Assembly: GCF_018350175.1 (NCBI RefSeq)
Contig: NC_058383.1
Coordinates: 12,648,001-12,712,000, forward strand
Direction of reading: 5' to 3'
DNA length: 64,000 bases
DNA from: Felis catus
Lineage: Eukaryota
Made by a program: the position numbers and the translations under genes. The notes under the pieces are model-generated. The model made no database searches. It was not told where the DNA came from and worked only from the letters and a program-made list of their open reading frames with translations. Positions 1 through 12,087 of this stretch are shown in pieces. Positions within the stretch are counted from its first letter, which is position 1; the number at the start of each line of letters is the position of its first letter.

Positions 1-1134
1 AAGTNNNNNNNNNNNNNNNNNNNNNNNNNNNNNNNNNNNNNNNNNNNNNNNNNNNNNNNNNNNNNNNNNNNNNNNNNNNNNNNNNNNNNNNNNNNNNNNN
101 NNNNNNNNNNNNNNNNNNNNNNNNNNNNNNNNNNNNNNNNNNNNNNNNNNNNNNNNNNNNNNNNNNNNNNNNNNNNNNNNNNNNNNNNNNNNAGTTGTCT
201 TTTATGGAAAAGCCGCATAATTCCGCCATGAACACCAACGGATGTTTTATCAGGGGACAGAGTAGCGGGGTAGTTTATTTGTTTTTCTCTGCACACCTGA
301 GTCCATTTCCTCTGAATACATTGCCTTTCTTCCCTTGCCAATATACTTAATAAAATAGGGCCTATGTTGTTATCATTTTGCCCTCTTCCCAGGAGGTATC
401 TGGCTTGGAACGTGACAGAAATCAGCCGAGGGAGTCAGTCCTGTTCTGTCTGCGGAGCAGTGTGTTAAGATTTAAGGGGCACTAAAAGGCTCCTCTGGAG
501 AAAAATATTTCCCCAACCTGCTTACCAGGGTGCCTGAAATTACAACCCTTCTGCTTTTAACGCACTGAGAGCCTCCATTAAAATGCAAATATGTGAGGTG
601 AGTTATTTTATCAAACTATCACATCTTAGCTTGAATTAGTTTATGGCTTAATTCGAAATCCTGAAGTGATGGGACACAGGGCTGTTAAGTTTGAATGTGA
701 GCAAAGATGATACAAAGGTTTAGGCTTTAAAATGTGTTGCCTCAGAAGCGGGCCCGGGTAGCGGGACAAAGTGAGAAAACAGAATATAGTCTGATGGCCC
801 CCAAAATGAGGTCCAAAGTTCATACAGAAGGGCCTGTGCTCTCGACAATCCTGGCTCAGCCACAGCCACATGGCTGGTCCATGTGGTTGAGAAGTTGTCA
901 TCCTCACACTTCAAAGAGAAACTCGAGGAAGGGTCAATATGCCTACGGCTTCCTTCCCCCCAACTTGAATTGGTGTCCTCTGTTGGATTTATTTACCACT
1001 TCTTTCCCTCCTGAGCGTGCTCAGGACTCTTACCCACTCCCTCCCCAGAAGTTTCAGAGGCTTCAGAGAGCCTATCGTGGACACTACCAGTGCTCGTCCA
1101 TATCTCCATTTCTTCCCTTTCCCACCCTCTTCAA

Positions 1135-1456
1135 GTTGGTCATGGCTGACGTGGGCCGATGGCATATAAACAAAAATGGTGTGTATTACTTCCGGGCAGA
1201 AGCGTGTAAGAGCTGGCTCACGAGTCTCCACGCGCCCTTCTTCTGCCACGGTGGGCTCGGAAGCATGGTGAACTTGAGTAAAGAAAGATGCTACAAGGCC
1301 AAAGCAGCCAAGAACGGCGAACACAGAGAACAGCTACCTGGGAACGTGCTCAGACTTACAGATGCTCGTAACCGAGCAAGGATCAGCTTCTGCTATGTTA
1401 GATCACTGACGTTTTGGTGCCATTACTTCAGCGTAACCTAGTCTGCCCTGACTCAT
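1135..1456 (+). mobile_element. MaLR solo LTR fragment (MLT1-type)
   Basis: MLT1-like 3' end 'ttctgctatgttagatcactgacgttttgg...agcgtaacctagtctgccctgact' and internal 'ttacttccgggcagaagc'. Confidence 0.65.
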
Positions 1457-1519
1457 CCTTACCCTGTGGTTCACACCTCGGGAGATATCATCAGCCTCCC
1501 CGCCCCGTTACCATACACT

Positions 1520-1665
1520 TCTCATTCCATAAATGTTTATTGAGCACCTACACTGTTGAGCAACTGTGCCAGACGATATTATAGGTAAAGGTATTTAGTA
1601 GCAAAGACGAATAGTAAACACAAAGTCCTTGGACGCAAGGCGGTTACATTCCAGCCAAGGAAGAA
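1520..1665 (-). mobile_element. L2 3' end fragment
   Basis: 'tcattccataaatgtttattgagcaccta...tgtgccag' is the reverse-complement L2 3' terminus. Confidence 0.65.
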
Positions 1666-1675
1666 AGATTGTAAG

Positions 1676-2400
1676 TCAGTTTATCTGTTGGGAATAGGTT
1701 TTGTCGAGGATAGCAGAAAACCCAAATAATATCAACTGAAGCAAATTATACGTGTAGTTGCTCTCAAATAAAATAAGTCTGGAGGTTGGCACTCCAAGAC
1801 TCACAGGGCGGCTCTATAATGTCATCGGGGACCCAAACGCCTCCTATCTTTCTGATCCATCATCCTTAGCACCTGGCCTCCGCCTTCCAGAGCACCTCGT
1901 ATTCCAAAATGGCTACCAGGGCTCCATTAGTTGCACCCTCATTCCAGCAGGAAGAAAGAGAAAAGAGGAAAGGCAAGAGGAGGTGTCTCCCAACTGAGCC
2001 AGGCCCGGCTAGAGCGCTTTCCCTGAAACTCTAGTCCACAGGTACTACTTACAACTTATTGGCTACTCCTCCCTTCAAGGGAGGCTGCTAGGGAAATATA
2101 ATCCCAGCTGGACATATTTTTGCCACCACGTAAACAGGGTTCAGGGCGCCCCAGGTGGCTCAGTCGGTGGAGTGTCTGACTCTTGACTTTGGCTCAGGTC
2201 ACGATCTCACAGTTTGTGAGATCAAGCCCCATGTCTGGCTCAGCACTGACAGTGCAGAGCCTGCTTGGGATTCTCTCTCTCCCTCTCTCCCTTTCTCTCT
2301 CTCTGCTCCCCCCCCATTCTCTCTCAATACATAAACTTAAAAAAAAAGAAAAGAAAACAGGGTTCTATTGGTAAAGAAGAGAGTAAGTAGGCATATAACA
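1676..2400 (-). mobile_element. MaLR LTR (MLT1J/K-like), interrupted by a SINE
   Basis: 'gcagaaaacccaaataat...aagtctggaggttggc...atgtcatcggggaccca...aaaatggct...attccagcaggaag' are typical MLT1 minus-strand motifs. Confidence 0.55.
2143..2354 (+). mobile_element. Can-SINE (SINEC)
   Basis: tRNA-like head 'gggcgccccaggtggctcagtcgg', (CT)n region, A tail; 11-bp TSD aaacagggttc at 2132-2142 and 2355-2365. Confidence 0.95.
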
Positions 2401-3485
2401 GTCTCTTCCATGATAGATTAACAAACCAGGTTTAAACTGGTGATAGGTATTTTGAAGGAGGAAAAAAAATGCGATCAAAAAAATAAAAACAAAAGAAAGA
2501 AAGAAAACAGTGTAGCTTTACCCAGGGTAGGGGAGAAGGCCAGGTGGTGCTGGAATGATGAGAAAAAGTCCTTCATGGAGATAGCTGGGGAAGGGAACCC
2601 CAGGCAGAGGGAACGAGGAGGGCATCAAGGAAGGGAGCCCCCAGTTGGGGAAGCAGGGGGAGCAAGGAGGATTTGGCTGGAGATGAGGGCAGAGAGGCAG
2701 GGAGAAGCCAGGTCATGAAGAACCTTGCGAATTTCATCCCAAGCGTGTTGGGAGACAAGCAGGGGCTGAGAGACGAGCAGAAAGTGACATTACCTGAGTC
2801 TCCCTGAATCCTGTCATTCTGGGGGCTGAGGCTTGAAAACTGGTTTGTAGAGGGATAAAAAAGGTGCCCAGGAAGGAGGCGGACTCAGACATCCAGACAA
2901 GAGATAACGGCGCTAGACCCGTACTGGGAGGGAGAGGCTGTGCTAAAAATGCCACCGCAACGAGAAACCATGAACTTTTGCTGCTGCAAAAAATTGCAGC
3001 AAGGATGAAGTTTCGTTAAACCCCATTGGCCTTGATGGGTAACTTTTGCTTCCAGAGTTTGGCTGCTCATCTGCAGCCTTAGAGAAAGTTGGGCTTTTCC
3101 AGAATCGGAGGCTTGCTCGGAGAGTATGATTGATGGGGGCCAAGGGGAGGCTGAGAAGGAAGGTTGTTGAGACCAGTCGTGAAGTGGGGGACACTGGACT
3201 CCTAGCGGGATGCAAAGGGAAGCGATAGAAGACACCCCACCCTGGAGTTAGTCGCTTCTTGTTCCTCACCTGCGGCTAATGCCTGGCTCCCGCCAGCTAT
3301 GGGTACACGGCTGGGCTATCTGCCTGCCACTGGGTGGCCTGTACCACCTTGGTCTCATCTCTCAGATCGCCCTTGGCCTCATACTCTGCTGCCCACTGGT
3401 TGGTCCCGACCCCACCTCACCCAACCCAAGTGTTGGGCTCTCGAGCATCTCAGAAGAAAGAGAAAACTTGACTTAGAGAGTCCAA

Positions 3486-3930
3486 TGGTTAAGCATAAGG
3501 GCTGAAGGCAGACCGTGAGTTCGAATCAAGTTCCTTTACACTCAGCTGTGTCACTGTGAAAACTTACTCAACGCCTTCCTGCCTCAGTGTCTTCATCTGT
3601 AAAGCGAGGCTGTTAAGATCTACCTCAGGAAGCTTGGGTGGCTCAGACAATTAAGCGTCAGGCTCCTGTTTTCGGTTCAGGTTATGATCTCGCAGTTCAT
3701 GAGTTCGAGCCCTGAGTCAGGTTCTGTGCTGACAACGCGGAGCCTGCTTGGGATTCTCTCTCTCCGTCTCTCTCTCTCTGCCCCTCCCTTGCACATGCGC
3801 TCTCTCTCTGTCTCTCAAAATAAATAAATAAACTTTAAAATATATAAGACCTACCTCCTAAGGCCCTTGTGAAATTCAGACGACTTCATGAAAAGCACTC
3901 AGAAGATTACATAGCACACAATAAACCTCC
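3486..3930 (+). mobile_element. MIR split by a SINEC
   Basis: MIR core 'gttcgaatc...gctgtgtcact...gcctcagtgtcttcatctgtaaa', resuming after the SINE with 'ttgtgaaattca...aaagcactcagaa'. Confidence 0.75.
3627..3844 (+). mobile_element. Can-SINE (SINEC)
   Basis: SINEC head, body and tail; TSD taagatctacctc / taagacctacctc. Confidence 0.93.
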
Positions 3931-4570
3931 CAATTAAAGTTATTCAGTGTTTTCTTATCATCTTGCAGCACGACTCAGAGTGAATCCCACTCCCTCCTCA
4001 AAAACCCCTCCCCACCCCAGCCTCCATTTATACAACTTTCCCCGGCTCATCTTGGGTTTGCTATTCACAACACGGAGTCTGCGTCTTACGACACGCTGTC
4101 CTGTTCTCTAATTGTTGGTATCGCTCAGCTTGGCACTTGAACCCACACTAATTACTGTATGCTAATATATAAAATCACACCCCGTCCTGATCCTTCACGT
4201 GCTTGTGCCTTAGCGCTTCTCTCCGATTCTTGGAGGGGATTCCCGCAAACCAATGGTAGCCCCCACCCCAGCACCTTCACGCTAAACGGTGCAGCGCTAA
4301 ACAGCGGGTACAGATGTCTTAAGTACCGGGTACTGACAGGGGGCTTTCCATCTGGAGGACTCCAGTAATCCAGCGCGTCAAGGAACCTAACGGGAGTGGA
4401 GGGATGCTTCGGAACGAGAACCGACATCTAAATCTCTGGTTAAGCCAACCGTTCTCTGGGCAGGGCCGATGCTGTCCTGAGGAGAATACTGTCTTGCATT
4501 ATCTTCTTAAACGCCTCCAAATGCCTCAGGAAGTGGTCTGACCTAGTCAAGGTGAAAAACTACAACGTTC

Positions 4571-4781
4571 GGGGCACCTGGGTGGCTCCGTCAGTTATGC
4601 GTCCGACTCTTGACGTCAGCTCAGATCATGATCTCCCGGGCTGTGGGATCGAGCCCCGGGTTGGGCTCTGTGCTGACACCGCGGAGCCTGCTTGGGATTC
4701 TCTCTCTCCCCCTGCCCCTCCCCGGCATGCTCTCTCACTCAAAATAAATAAACTTTAAAAAAAAAAAAGCAATAAAAAATA
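4571..4781 (+). mobile_element. Can-SINE (SINEC)
   Basis: 'ggggcacctgggtggctccgtcagtt...gagcctgcttgggattctctctc...aaaataaataaac' plus A tail. Confidence 0.93.
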
Positions 4782-5353
4782 AAAACTATGACTTTAGCCT
4801 GATCCTCAGGCCTCTTGGTCCAGTGGGGGGGTAACTGGCCCTCAAAACAAACTCTTCCAGACCCTCAGCCCAGGGCGTCTCCCCCGATAAGGAGGAAAAT
4901 TTCCGAGCGGAACTTAGGGGCCCGCTGGGAAGCTAACCTGCGCACAGCCCGCCTTAGCTGAAGAAGGAGCCCCACACGGTCCGATAAAGAACTTCTAGAG
5001 TGCAGGGCAGTATGCTTGGCCGCCAGAGGCCTCGTCTCTGCACGGCCTCTGAACACAGCCAGTGCTGCTGAGGAGGGGTGCGGAAGAGAGATCAAGAACC
5101 GGAATCTGCAGCCAGAATGCCCACGCTCCAACCACAGCCCGACCGCTCACTGGCTGCGTGACTTTGCGTTCCTTTCACTTCCCTGCGCCTCAAATCCTTC
5201 ATCCGGAAAGGGGTCACTAGAACAGCTTCCAATGCTTACGTGTTTTAACGAGGATGAAAGGGTTGTAAATGATCATAGAGCTCGGGACAATGCCTGGCTG
5301 TAAACATTATCCAAGTGTTTGGTAAATAATTTTGAATTGCATATCGTATTTAT

Positions 5354-5355
<2 letters not shown>

Positions 5356-5403
<48 letters not shown>
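5356..5403. repeat. (TG)n microsatellite
   Basis: uninterrupted GT run of about 48 bp. Confidence 0.97.
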
Positions 5404-5404
<1 letters not shown>

Positions 5405-5899
5405 GAGCATTCTAGGACCTGGGAAGGTAAAAGAATGTCTTGCCTTTGAGAAACTCACGGTTTTTTTTAATAAATAGGCTGGGTTTAACAGCTCTGGGAA
5501 AGGAACTGGTCAAGTTCCTNNNNNNNNNNNNNNNNNNNNNNNNNNNNNNNNNNNNNNNNNNNNNNNNNNNNNNNNNNNNNNNNNNNNNNNNNNNNNNNNN
5601 NNNNNNNNNNNNNNNNNNNNNNNNNNNNNNNNNNNNNNNNNNNNNNNNNNNNNNNNNNNNNNNNNNNNNNNNNNNNNNNNNNNNNNNNNNNNNNNNNNNN
5701 NNNNNNNNNNNNNNNNNNNNNNNNNNNNNNNNNNNNNNNNNNNNNNNNNNNNNNNNNNNNNNNNNNNNNNNNNNNNNNNNNNNNNNNNNNNNNNNNNNNN
5801 NNNNNNNNNNNNNNNNNNNNNNNNNNNNNNGTAATAGGAGAGGCCAAGCCAAGCCAGCATCTGCAACTGAGTAGGATACCAGGTGCAAGGGGGAAGTTG

Positions 5900-6325
5900 A
5901 GTGATTCTCGACCTTACCTTGCATCTAAATCACCCAGGGGTGGGAGGAGCTGTTAAAATCCAGATTCCCAAGCCTCCCCTCCAGAGTTTCTGATTCAGTA
6001 GGTCTGGGTGAGATATGAGAATCTGCATTTCTTTCTTTTTTTTTTTTAATATTTATTTATTATTTTTGAGAGACAGAGAGAGACACAGCATGAGCAGGGG
6101 AGGGGCAGAGAGAGAGAGAGGGAGACACAGAAGCAGGCTCCAGGCTCCGAGCTGCCAGCACAGAGCCCAACGTGGGGCTCGAACACACAAACCAAGAGAT
6201 CATGACCTGAGCCGAAGCTGGATGCCCAACTGACTAAGCCATCCAGGCGCCCCAAGAATCTGCATTTCTAGTAAATTCCAAGGTGATGCTGATGCTGGTC
6301 TGGACACCCACTTTGAGAACAGCTG
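5900..6325. mobile_element. MER5A-type hAT-Charlie MITE split by a SINEC
   Basis: 'gtgattctc...ccagagtttctgattcagtaggtctggg...gagaatctgcatttcta...ggtgatgctgatgctggtctg...cactttgagaac'. Confidence 0.85.
6033..6253 (-). mobile_element. Can-SINE (SINEC)
   Basis: reverse SINEC; 15-bp TSD agaatctgcatttct at 6018-6032 and 6255-6269. Confidence 0.95.
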
Positions 6326-6499
6326 CCTTCCAGAATCAGAAAGAAGCATGGGCATAGACCCAGGACTATGAAACGCCCTGGCACTCTCTGGGGAGAGAAA
6401 AGTAGATTGGCATGATTGGACCCAAAGTGGCAAATGACAGCGGTGGGAAAAGGAGACAGGAGCTGTTCCCACAGCGAAGACACTTGGGCGAATCCTTTC

Positions 6500-6960
6500 C
6501 ACTTGGAGGTGCTTTGGAAGTTTATGGTCTTGGGTGACATGATCAGCTTGTAGTTCCAAAACTATCATTCTGGCATCAGTGTGCAGAACGTACTAGAACA
6601 GAGGGAGACTAGACAAGGGAGAAGGGCCATTAGAAGCCAGAGGACAATAACAAGGCCAGAGCTGGTGTGGCTGCAGTGTGGGAGGAGGAAAGAAACAGCA
6701 GTCTTGGGGCACAGAACTGAGCCAATGGGCAGAAGCCTGTACGGGATGTGAGGGAGAAGGAAGGACTAAAAGCTACTCCAAGCTGTTCCTCTCTGATGCA
6801 GGGGTGGAGGAGATCCTATCGACTGACAAAGGAATGCAGGGGACAGAAGAGATCTGGGGAGAAGAGAACGTCATAAATTCCATTTACAAGGTCTCTGTGG
6901 CATCCAGGGTGCCCATTAGGCAGCTAGAAATCCAGGTCTGGAGCTGAACAAAGAAGCCAA
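6500..6960 (-). mobile_element. L2 fragment
   Basis: 'gtgacatgatcagcttg...tcattctggc...aggcagctagaaatccaggtctggagct' are L2 minus-strand motifs. Confidence 0.55.
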
Positions 6961-8403
6961 AAGTACAGCTGGGGGGCTGGGCACCTCTGTACGCAGGTCC
7001 GGGTTCGATCCAGGCTGTGGTAAGATGGCCAAAGCCGGCGTTGGGCGGGGAGGGGGGCGGGGATTAACTGAGGAAAGAGACAGCACAGAAACTTGACCTC
7101 CCTACTTCAAATGGGCTTGGCGATGGAAAAGCAAGAAAAGAGACAGCGAGAAGGAGGAAGGCGTGTAGAAGTTACAGCCCAGCAGGACTTAACAACGAGT
7201 CTGTAGCATCCTGGTGCCAGCGATGCCGTGTCTCCAGCATCACAAAGTCTTCTGACCACACCACGCTGAAGGGCAGGTGTCGGTGCTGATCACTGTCTGT
7301 TCCCAGGTCCATTGGCTGTCCTTCCCCGTTCAGCCCCAATTCCACCAGTTACACCTCCCAGGCTCCTTTGCCCAGCGGCTTCTGGTTAATTTCTGCCAAA
7401 GAGAGGCACTGGCCCGAGGCTGGAGGGAGGAGAGCCTTCCTTCCCCCCTCCTCCTCCCCATCTCTGCCTTCTGTGGCTCCTCGTCAGACCTGTGCTTACG
7501 GTTCCCACCAGGCACCCAACACCTCACAAGGACTTCCAACTTCCCGAATGTATTTCCCTCTATTGAACTGGCTGGTGAACCCTCAGTAGCCCTGGCTGGT
7601 GGCCGCTTGATAAACATATGCTAATGCATCACGTTCTCTCCCCCTAACTCATTTCAGTCTTCAGAATCCCATTCAGGCCGGGATTATCCAAGTTGATATT
7701 AACAAAGCCTTCCATTTAAAAGTTAAGGGGAAACATAATTTTAAAAGAAGCAGTGAGGGAAGATAAAGCTAAAATAAATAAATTGTAAAGCATAAAGCAG
7801 GAGAATGATAAAGTAGTTTAAATGCTGTTTTCTTGATAAGACTCTGAAAATAAACAAACTTCTGACAAATATAATTAAGGGAACATTTTTAATTAGAAAT
7901 GAGGAAGGAGATAGAACAAAAATGGAGAAAATAGATTTTTTCCTCCAAATCCAATGAGGATGTTGTAGGCTAATAAGTGGAAATCTTCAATGAAATGAAT
8001 AATTTCTACAAAAATATAGATTACTAAAAATAACTCAAGAAGTATAAATCTAAACAGAATAATAACCAAGGAAGAAATTGGGGAAATTATCTGATAACAA
8101 CCTAAAAAATGTACTTGGTCCCAGCGTTTCCACAAGAACAATTTTCACACTTTAAAGAAGCAGATAATTCCGATGTTGTATAAAACATCCCGAGTGCGAA
8201 AAGAGATAAGAGTACCTTTATGTCCATTAGGCAAGCATGATCTTCTTCCTAAAGCCTGATAAAGGTAAAACACACAAAAAGAAAATTATAGTCACATATC
8301 ACAGGGAATATGAATAAGAAAACTTAAATAAAACCCTCCCCTCTAAAAAGGAACTTGTTTTACTGTATTGCTTCAGATCTTTAGAGGCAAGATAAGTTCT
8401 AGG

Positions 8404-8454
8404 TTTTTTTTTTCCTTGTAACCACTTCACTGAGATATATTTCTTACACCATAA
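8404..8454 (-). mobile_element. L1 3'-terminal stub with poly(A), fused to the U6 copy
   Basis: minus strand reads 'tatggtgtaagaaatatatctcagtgaagtggttacaaggaaaaaaaaaa', resembling the L1MB/L1MC terminus 'tatggtatgtgaattatatctcaataaagctgtt'. Confidence 0.7.
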
Positions 8455-8563
8455 AAAATGTGGAGCACCTTACAAATGTGGGGGTCATCCCGGCACGAGG
8501 AGCCAGGCTAATCTTCTCCGTATCCTTCCAATCTTAGCATGTGTGCTGCTAACACGCCAGCAC
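8455..8563 (-). pseudogene. RNU6: U6 snRNA retropseudogene (full length, diverged)
   Basis: reverse complement aligns along U6; + strand reads 'gctaatcttctccgtatccttccaatcttagcatgtgtgctgc...agcac' and 'gtcatcc...aaat...tggagc'; no upstream PSE/TATA recognisable. Confidence 0.9.
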
Positions 8564-8955
8564 AAGGGATGATAACTTTATAAGTTAACTTGGAAGAGAC
8601 TACAAAGGATGGGCAGATTGTACATTTTGAAAGTAAATAACCATTTGGCAAGGCTAGAACTAAAACCGAAGGGAAAGTATCATCTGGAGAAAAAGATTCA
8701 CAGCAAATACGGAAAGGGTTCATTTCTCTGTTATGTGAAGAGTTTATGTATCTTGACACCAAAAACTTAAATCCCTAATATGTAAACTGGCAAAGAACTG
8801 AAGAAGACGATTCAAGAAAACAGAGACGCTATGAGTAAACAAGCATGTGGGGAAATGTGCAACTTCGTTTATAGTCGAGCAAATGTCCACCCAAATAATG
8901 CTGTAGCATCTTACAGCCACTACCTTCGAGGGACTTTAGAAATTATTTGGTATTA

Positions 8956-9145
8956 AGCATAAGAGACTCTTAAAAACTGAGAACAAACTGAGGGCTGATG
9001 GGGGGTGGGAGAGGGGGGAGGGTGGGTGATGGGTATTGAGGAGAGCACCAGTTGGGATGAGCACTGGGTGTTGTATGGAAACCAATTTGACCATAAATTT
9101 CATATATTGAAAAATAAATAAAAAAATTAAAAAATTAAAAATAAA
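8956..9145 (+). mobile_element. 5'-truncated carnivore/feline L1 3' end
   Basis: 'gagactcttaaaaactgagaacaaactgaggg...gggatgagcactgggtgttgtatggaaaccaatttgac' plus A tail; perfect 18-bp TSD agaaattatttggtatta at 8938-8955 and 9146-9163. Confidence 0.93.
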
Positions 9146-9780
9146 AGAAATTATTTGGTATTACAACACGGCGGTGAACCTAGTCCCCTCACAAACCATT
9201 GGTTGCTGTATGATCTGGTATCATCTCTTGGTAATCCATACCAGGAACCGTCTTAAAACTCCATAATATATCCCTTTCTCCTAAGGGATTTATGAAGAAT
9301 ATAAAAAATAAAGGTAGAGGAGACATTCATGGCAACGCCACTCTGACAACCAAAGTCAGTAAATAAAAGATGATCTAAATGCAACAACAGAATTCTTAAG
9401 GAAGGGTTGTAATTATTGTTTTTAATCACAATAAAAATCACCGTTTATCAACTACCCTCAGAAACATCACTTCTTTGAGTCCTGAGCAGTCTCAGGAGGT
9501 AGGTAGGAATTACTAAGTAAGAATCAGAAAAAATACGTGGTTTGCCCCAAATCGCACAATCGGTGGCTTTCGAACAACCACTCCCAAATCCCATGGTCTT
9601 TCGATGTTAAAGGATGGGTATGAGCCTCTGCTCTGAGCCTCGGTTTCCTCATCCATGAAGGAAGGATGATGCAAATACTACAGAGTGACGATAAACTTTA
9701 AACGAAGCTCTTACATGGCTGTGAAACTCTTAGCACGGAGTGTAGCACACAGCCAGGACTCGATTATTAAGAATAATACT

Positions 9781-10055
9781 GTCTCTCTGTCTCTCTCTCT
9801 CTCTCAAAATAAATAAACATTAAAAAAATAAAAAATAAAGGGGAGCGCCTGGGTGGCTCAGTTGATTAAGCATCCAACCTCGGCTCAAGTCATGATCTCA
9901 CAATTCATGGGTTCAAGCCCTGCCTTGGGCTCTGTGCTGACAGCTCAGAGCCTGGAACCTGCTTCGGATTCTGTATCTCCCTCTGTCTCTGCCCTCCCCC
10001 GCTCATGTGTGCTCTTTCTCTCTCAAAATAAATAAATAAACTAAAATAAAAGAAA
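9781..10055 (+). mobile_element. SINEC 3' stub (9781-9839) followed by a full SINEC (9840-10055)
   Basis: (CT)n-aaataaataaac tail directly followed by 'ggggagcgcctgggtggctcag...'. Confidence 0.88.
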
Positions 10056-10364
10056 GAATACTGACAATATAAAATTGTACCGATTCAATATGATTACAGC
10101 AATGTAAATAAACATCGTAAGTACACAAGGCCCAGACAGAATAAAGAATAATGAAAATGGGGGCAGCGGGAGCGAGGCAAGTGTATAAAAAAGCACTTTT
10201 CTTTGAGGTATTTTGGTTTTAGTACAACAGGTAGAAACCTGGAGGGAAACAAAATTAGAAGATACAAAATCTCCTCAAATGAATTGGCATTTGGGGGGGG
10301 GGGGATCCTAGTATGAAATCTGGGATCCCTGCATCTACAACATTTGAAATCCTAAACTCAGCAC

Positions 10365-10382
10365 AAGCGCCCCCTGGAGACA
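10365..10382 (-). promoter_or_regulatory. Candidate CTCF-binding site
   Basis: minus strand tgtctccagggggcgctt versus consensus core ccaccagggggcgcta; adjacent E-box ccacgtgg. Confidence 0.5.
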
Positions 10383-11139
10383 CCACGTGGTATGTGGGGA
10401 CCGCTCGCAGATGCCCTGTTCCACTGGCCCAAGGGACCAAGGACGCGTGTATTGGCCCCAATAATATACTAATGCTAGTGACTGGATTCCTTAAAGATGA
10501 ACTTTTTTTTTTTCTTAAAAAAGAGACTCAGAAGCATCTCAAAAAAAATCTCCAGGTAGTTGGGAATGGGTGCAAGTCCACTCCTGATGAACAGCAGCGT
10601 TCCAGGGGAGCGGCTTGGCAGTGAGGAAGGTCACCTTCAGGACCCAGCAGAAAGTTGTTACGTCTCCCTTTGGTCATGTGACCAGAATCTCCCCTCAGTG
10701 AGCAGGATAGACTGAGCCAGCATCAGCTTCCAGCTTTAAATCTGCCAATGGGAATAATTCCAACTCCTGGAGAGACAGGTGTCAGAGTAATGAGGGAGAG
10801 AGCTGGAGGCATGCCTTGGCTTTTCCTCCCAAAGGTCAGCAAGGTCCGAAAATTTCCACCCATTACAAAGGCATACATGGCAAGTTATTCTGTTCTCAGT
10901 TCCTGCATTCACCGGCTTGTGAAGGACAACTAGGATTAGGTGTAGCTGAGGGATAGAAAGGGAATCCATCCAGGCCGTGGTCTTGAGCTTGATTCATGAA
11001 CAACTGTCTACCTGAGTCAGAACTTATGCGGCTAGTCTATGAGCTCCAAAAAAAGGAGTGACACGTTCAGCAAAGGATATAAATGAAGAAGGGAAATGTC
11101 AGGGGATGACCCAGAGCCCGGTGTGACCAGAGGCTGAAT

Positions 11140-11560
11140 CCCACCGAGCTCAAACTCCTATGTCCACGTACCTACTCCCCTTGGGATGCCGAAGAGGCAC
11201 CTCAAATTTAATGGCGAACACCAAGCTCCCAGGCTTTGCCCTCGCCTGCTCTGCCAATAGCCTTCCCGTCTCAGGTAAGAGCAACGCCATCCTGCCAGGC
11301 CCTCAGACTCCTCTCTCTCTCATATCTCACATCCAATCCATCAGAAAACCCCACCCATGTGCTCGTTCTACAAGACATATCCCAATTCCTCCCCCCTTGT
11401 CCTCACCATCATTACCACCATCCCAATCTAAACCAGCACTGTCCCTTGCCTATCTTCCTGTTAGCCTCTTAACTGGTCTCCCCACTTCCACTTTTGTACC
11501 CCACTCACTCTGTTCTCAACACGGCAGCCAGAGGGATCCTCTGAAAATCAAAGTGACACG
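11140..11560 (+). mobile_element. L2 (5' portion of a split element)
   Basis: 'ggcacctcaaatttaat...cacatccaatccatca...cctcttaactggtctccc...gcagccagagggatcct'. Confidence 0.75.
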
Positions 11561-11644
11561 ACACCTTAAAAAACAGATCAGTCAAAGAACTAATAAATTG
11601 GATTTTGCCAAAATTAAGATCTACCCTTCAGAAGACATTGTTAA

Positions 11645-11838
11645 GGGGCGCCCGGGTAGCTGAGTTAGTTGGCTGAGTGTCCAAGTCTTCATTTTGGCTT
11701 GGGTTGGGATCCCAGGGTCCTGCAATCAAGCCGTGCATCAGGCTCCATGCCGAGTGGGGAGCCTGATTGGGATTCTCTCTCTCCCTCTGCCCCTCTCCCC
11801 AACTCTCTCTCTTTCTCAAAAAAGAAAAAAAAAGAAAT
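11645..11838 (+). mobile_element. Can-SINE (older, diverged SINEC)
   Basis: 'ggggcgcccgggtagctgag...gagcctgattgggattctctctc' plus A tail. Confidence 0.85.
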
Positions 11839-12087
11839 AAAATTTAAACAACAAGCGACAGATCAGGAGAATATTTGCAAAGCATGTATCTGACCATGGA
11901 CTTAAATCCAGAATATGTAAAGAACTCTCAAAGTTCAAAAATAAGAAAATAAGCCACACAATTTAAAAACTGGGCAAATGATTTGAACAGACACTTGATC
12001 AAAAAAAGATATCTGGGTAGTAAATACATCTCAACACGAATAGTTGTGAGATAATGCAAATTACAACCACAATAAAACACTACTACC

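Larger units (their letters stand above)
7730..9420 (+). mobile_element. Ancient L1 (L1ME-like) ORF2/3' remnants hosting younger inserts
   Basis: A-rich degenerate ORF2 motifs 'gaaatgaataatttctacaaaaatatagattac', 'ctttaaagaagcagataattccgatgtt', 'aaagcctgataaag'. Confidence 0.65.

Noticed and set aside
734-1441. Longest ORF (235 aa)
   Set aside because: Starts at TTG, has no recognisable domain, and its 3' half reads through an MLT1 LTR; a chance ORF.
8455-8563. U6 as a functional snRNA gene
   Set aside because: Many substitutions, including in the ACAGAGA box (reads ACGGAGA), no recognisable PSE/TATA, and an L1 tail with poly(A); a retrocopy.
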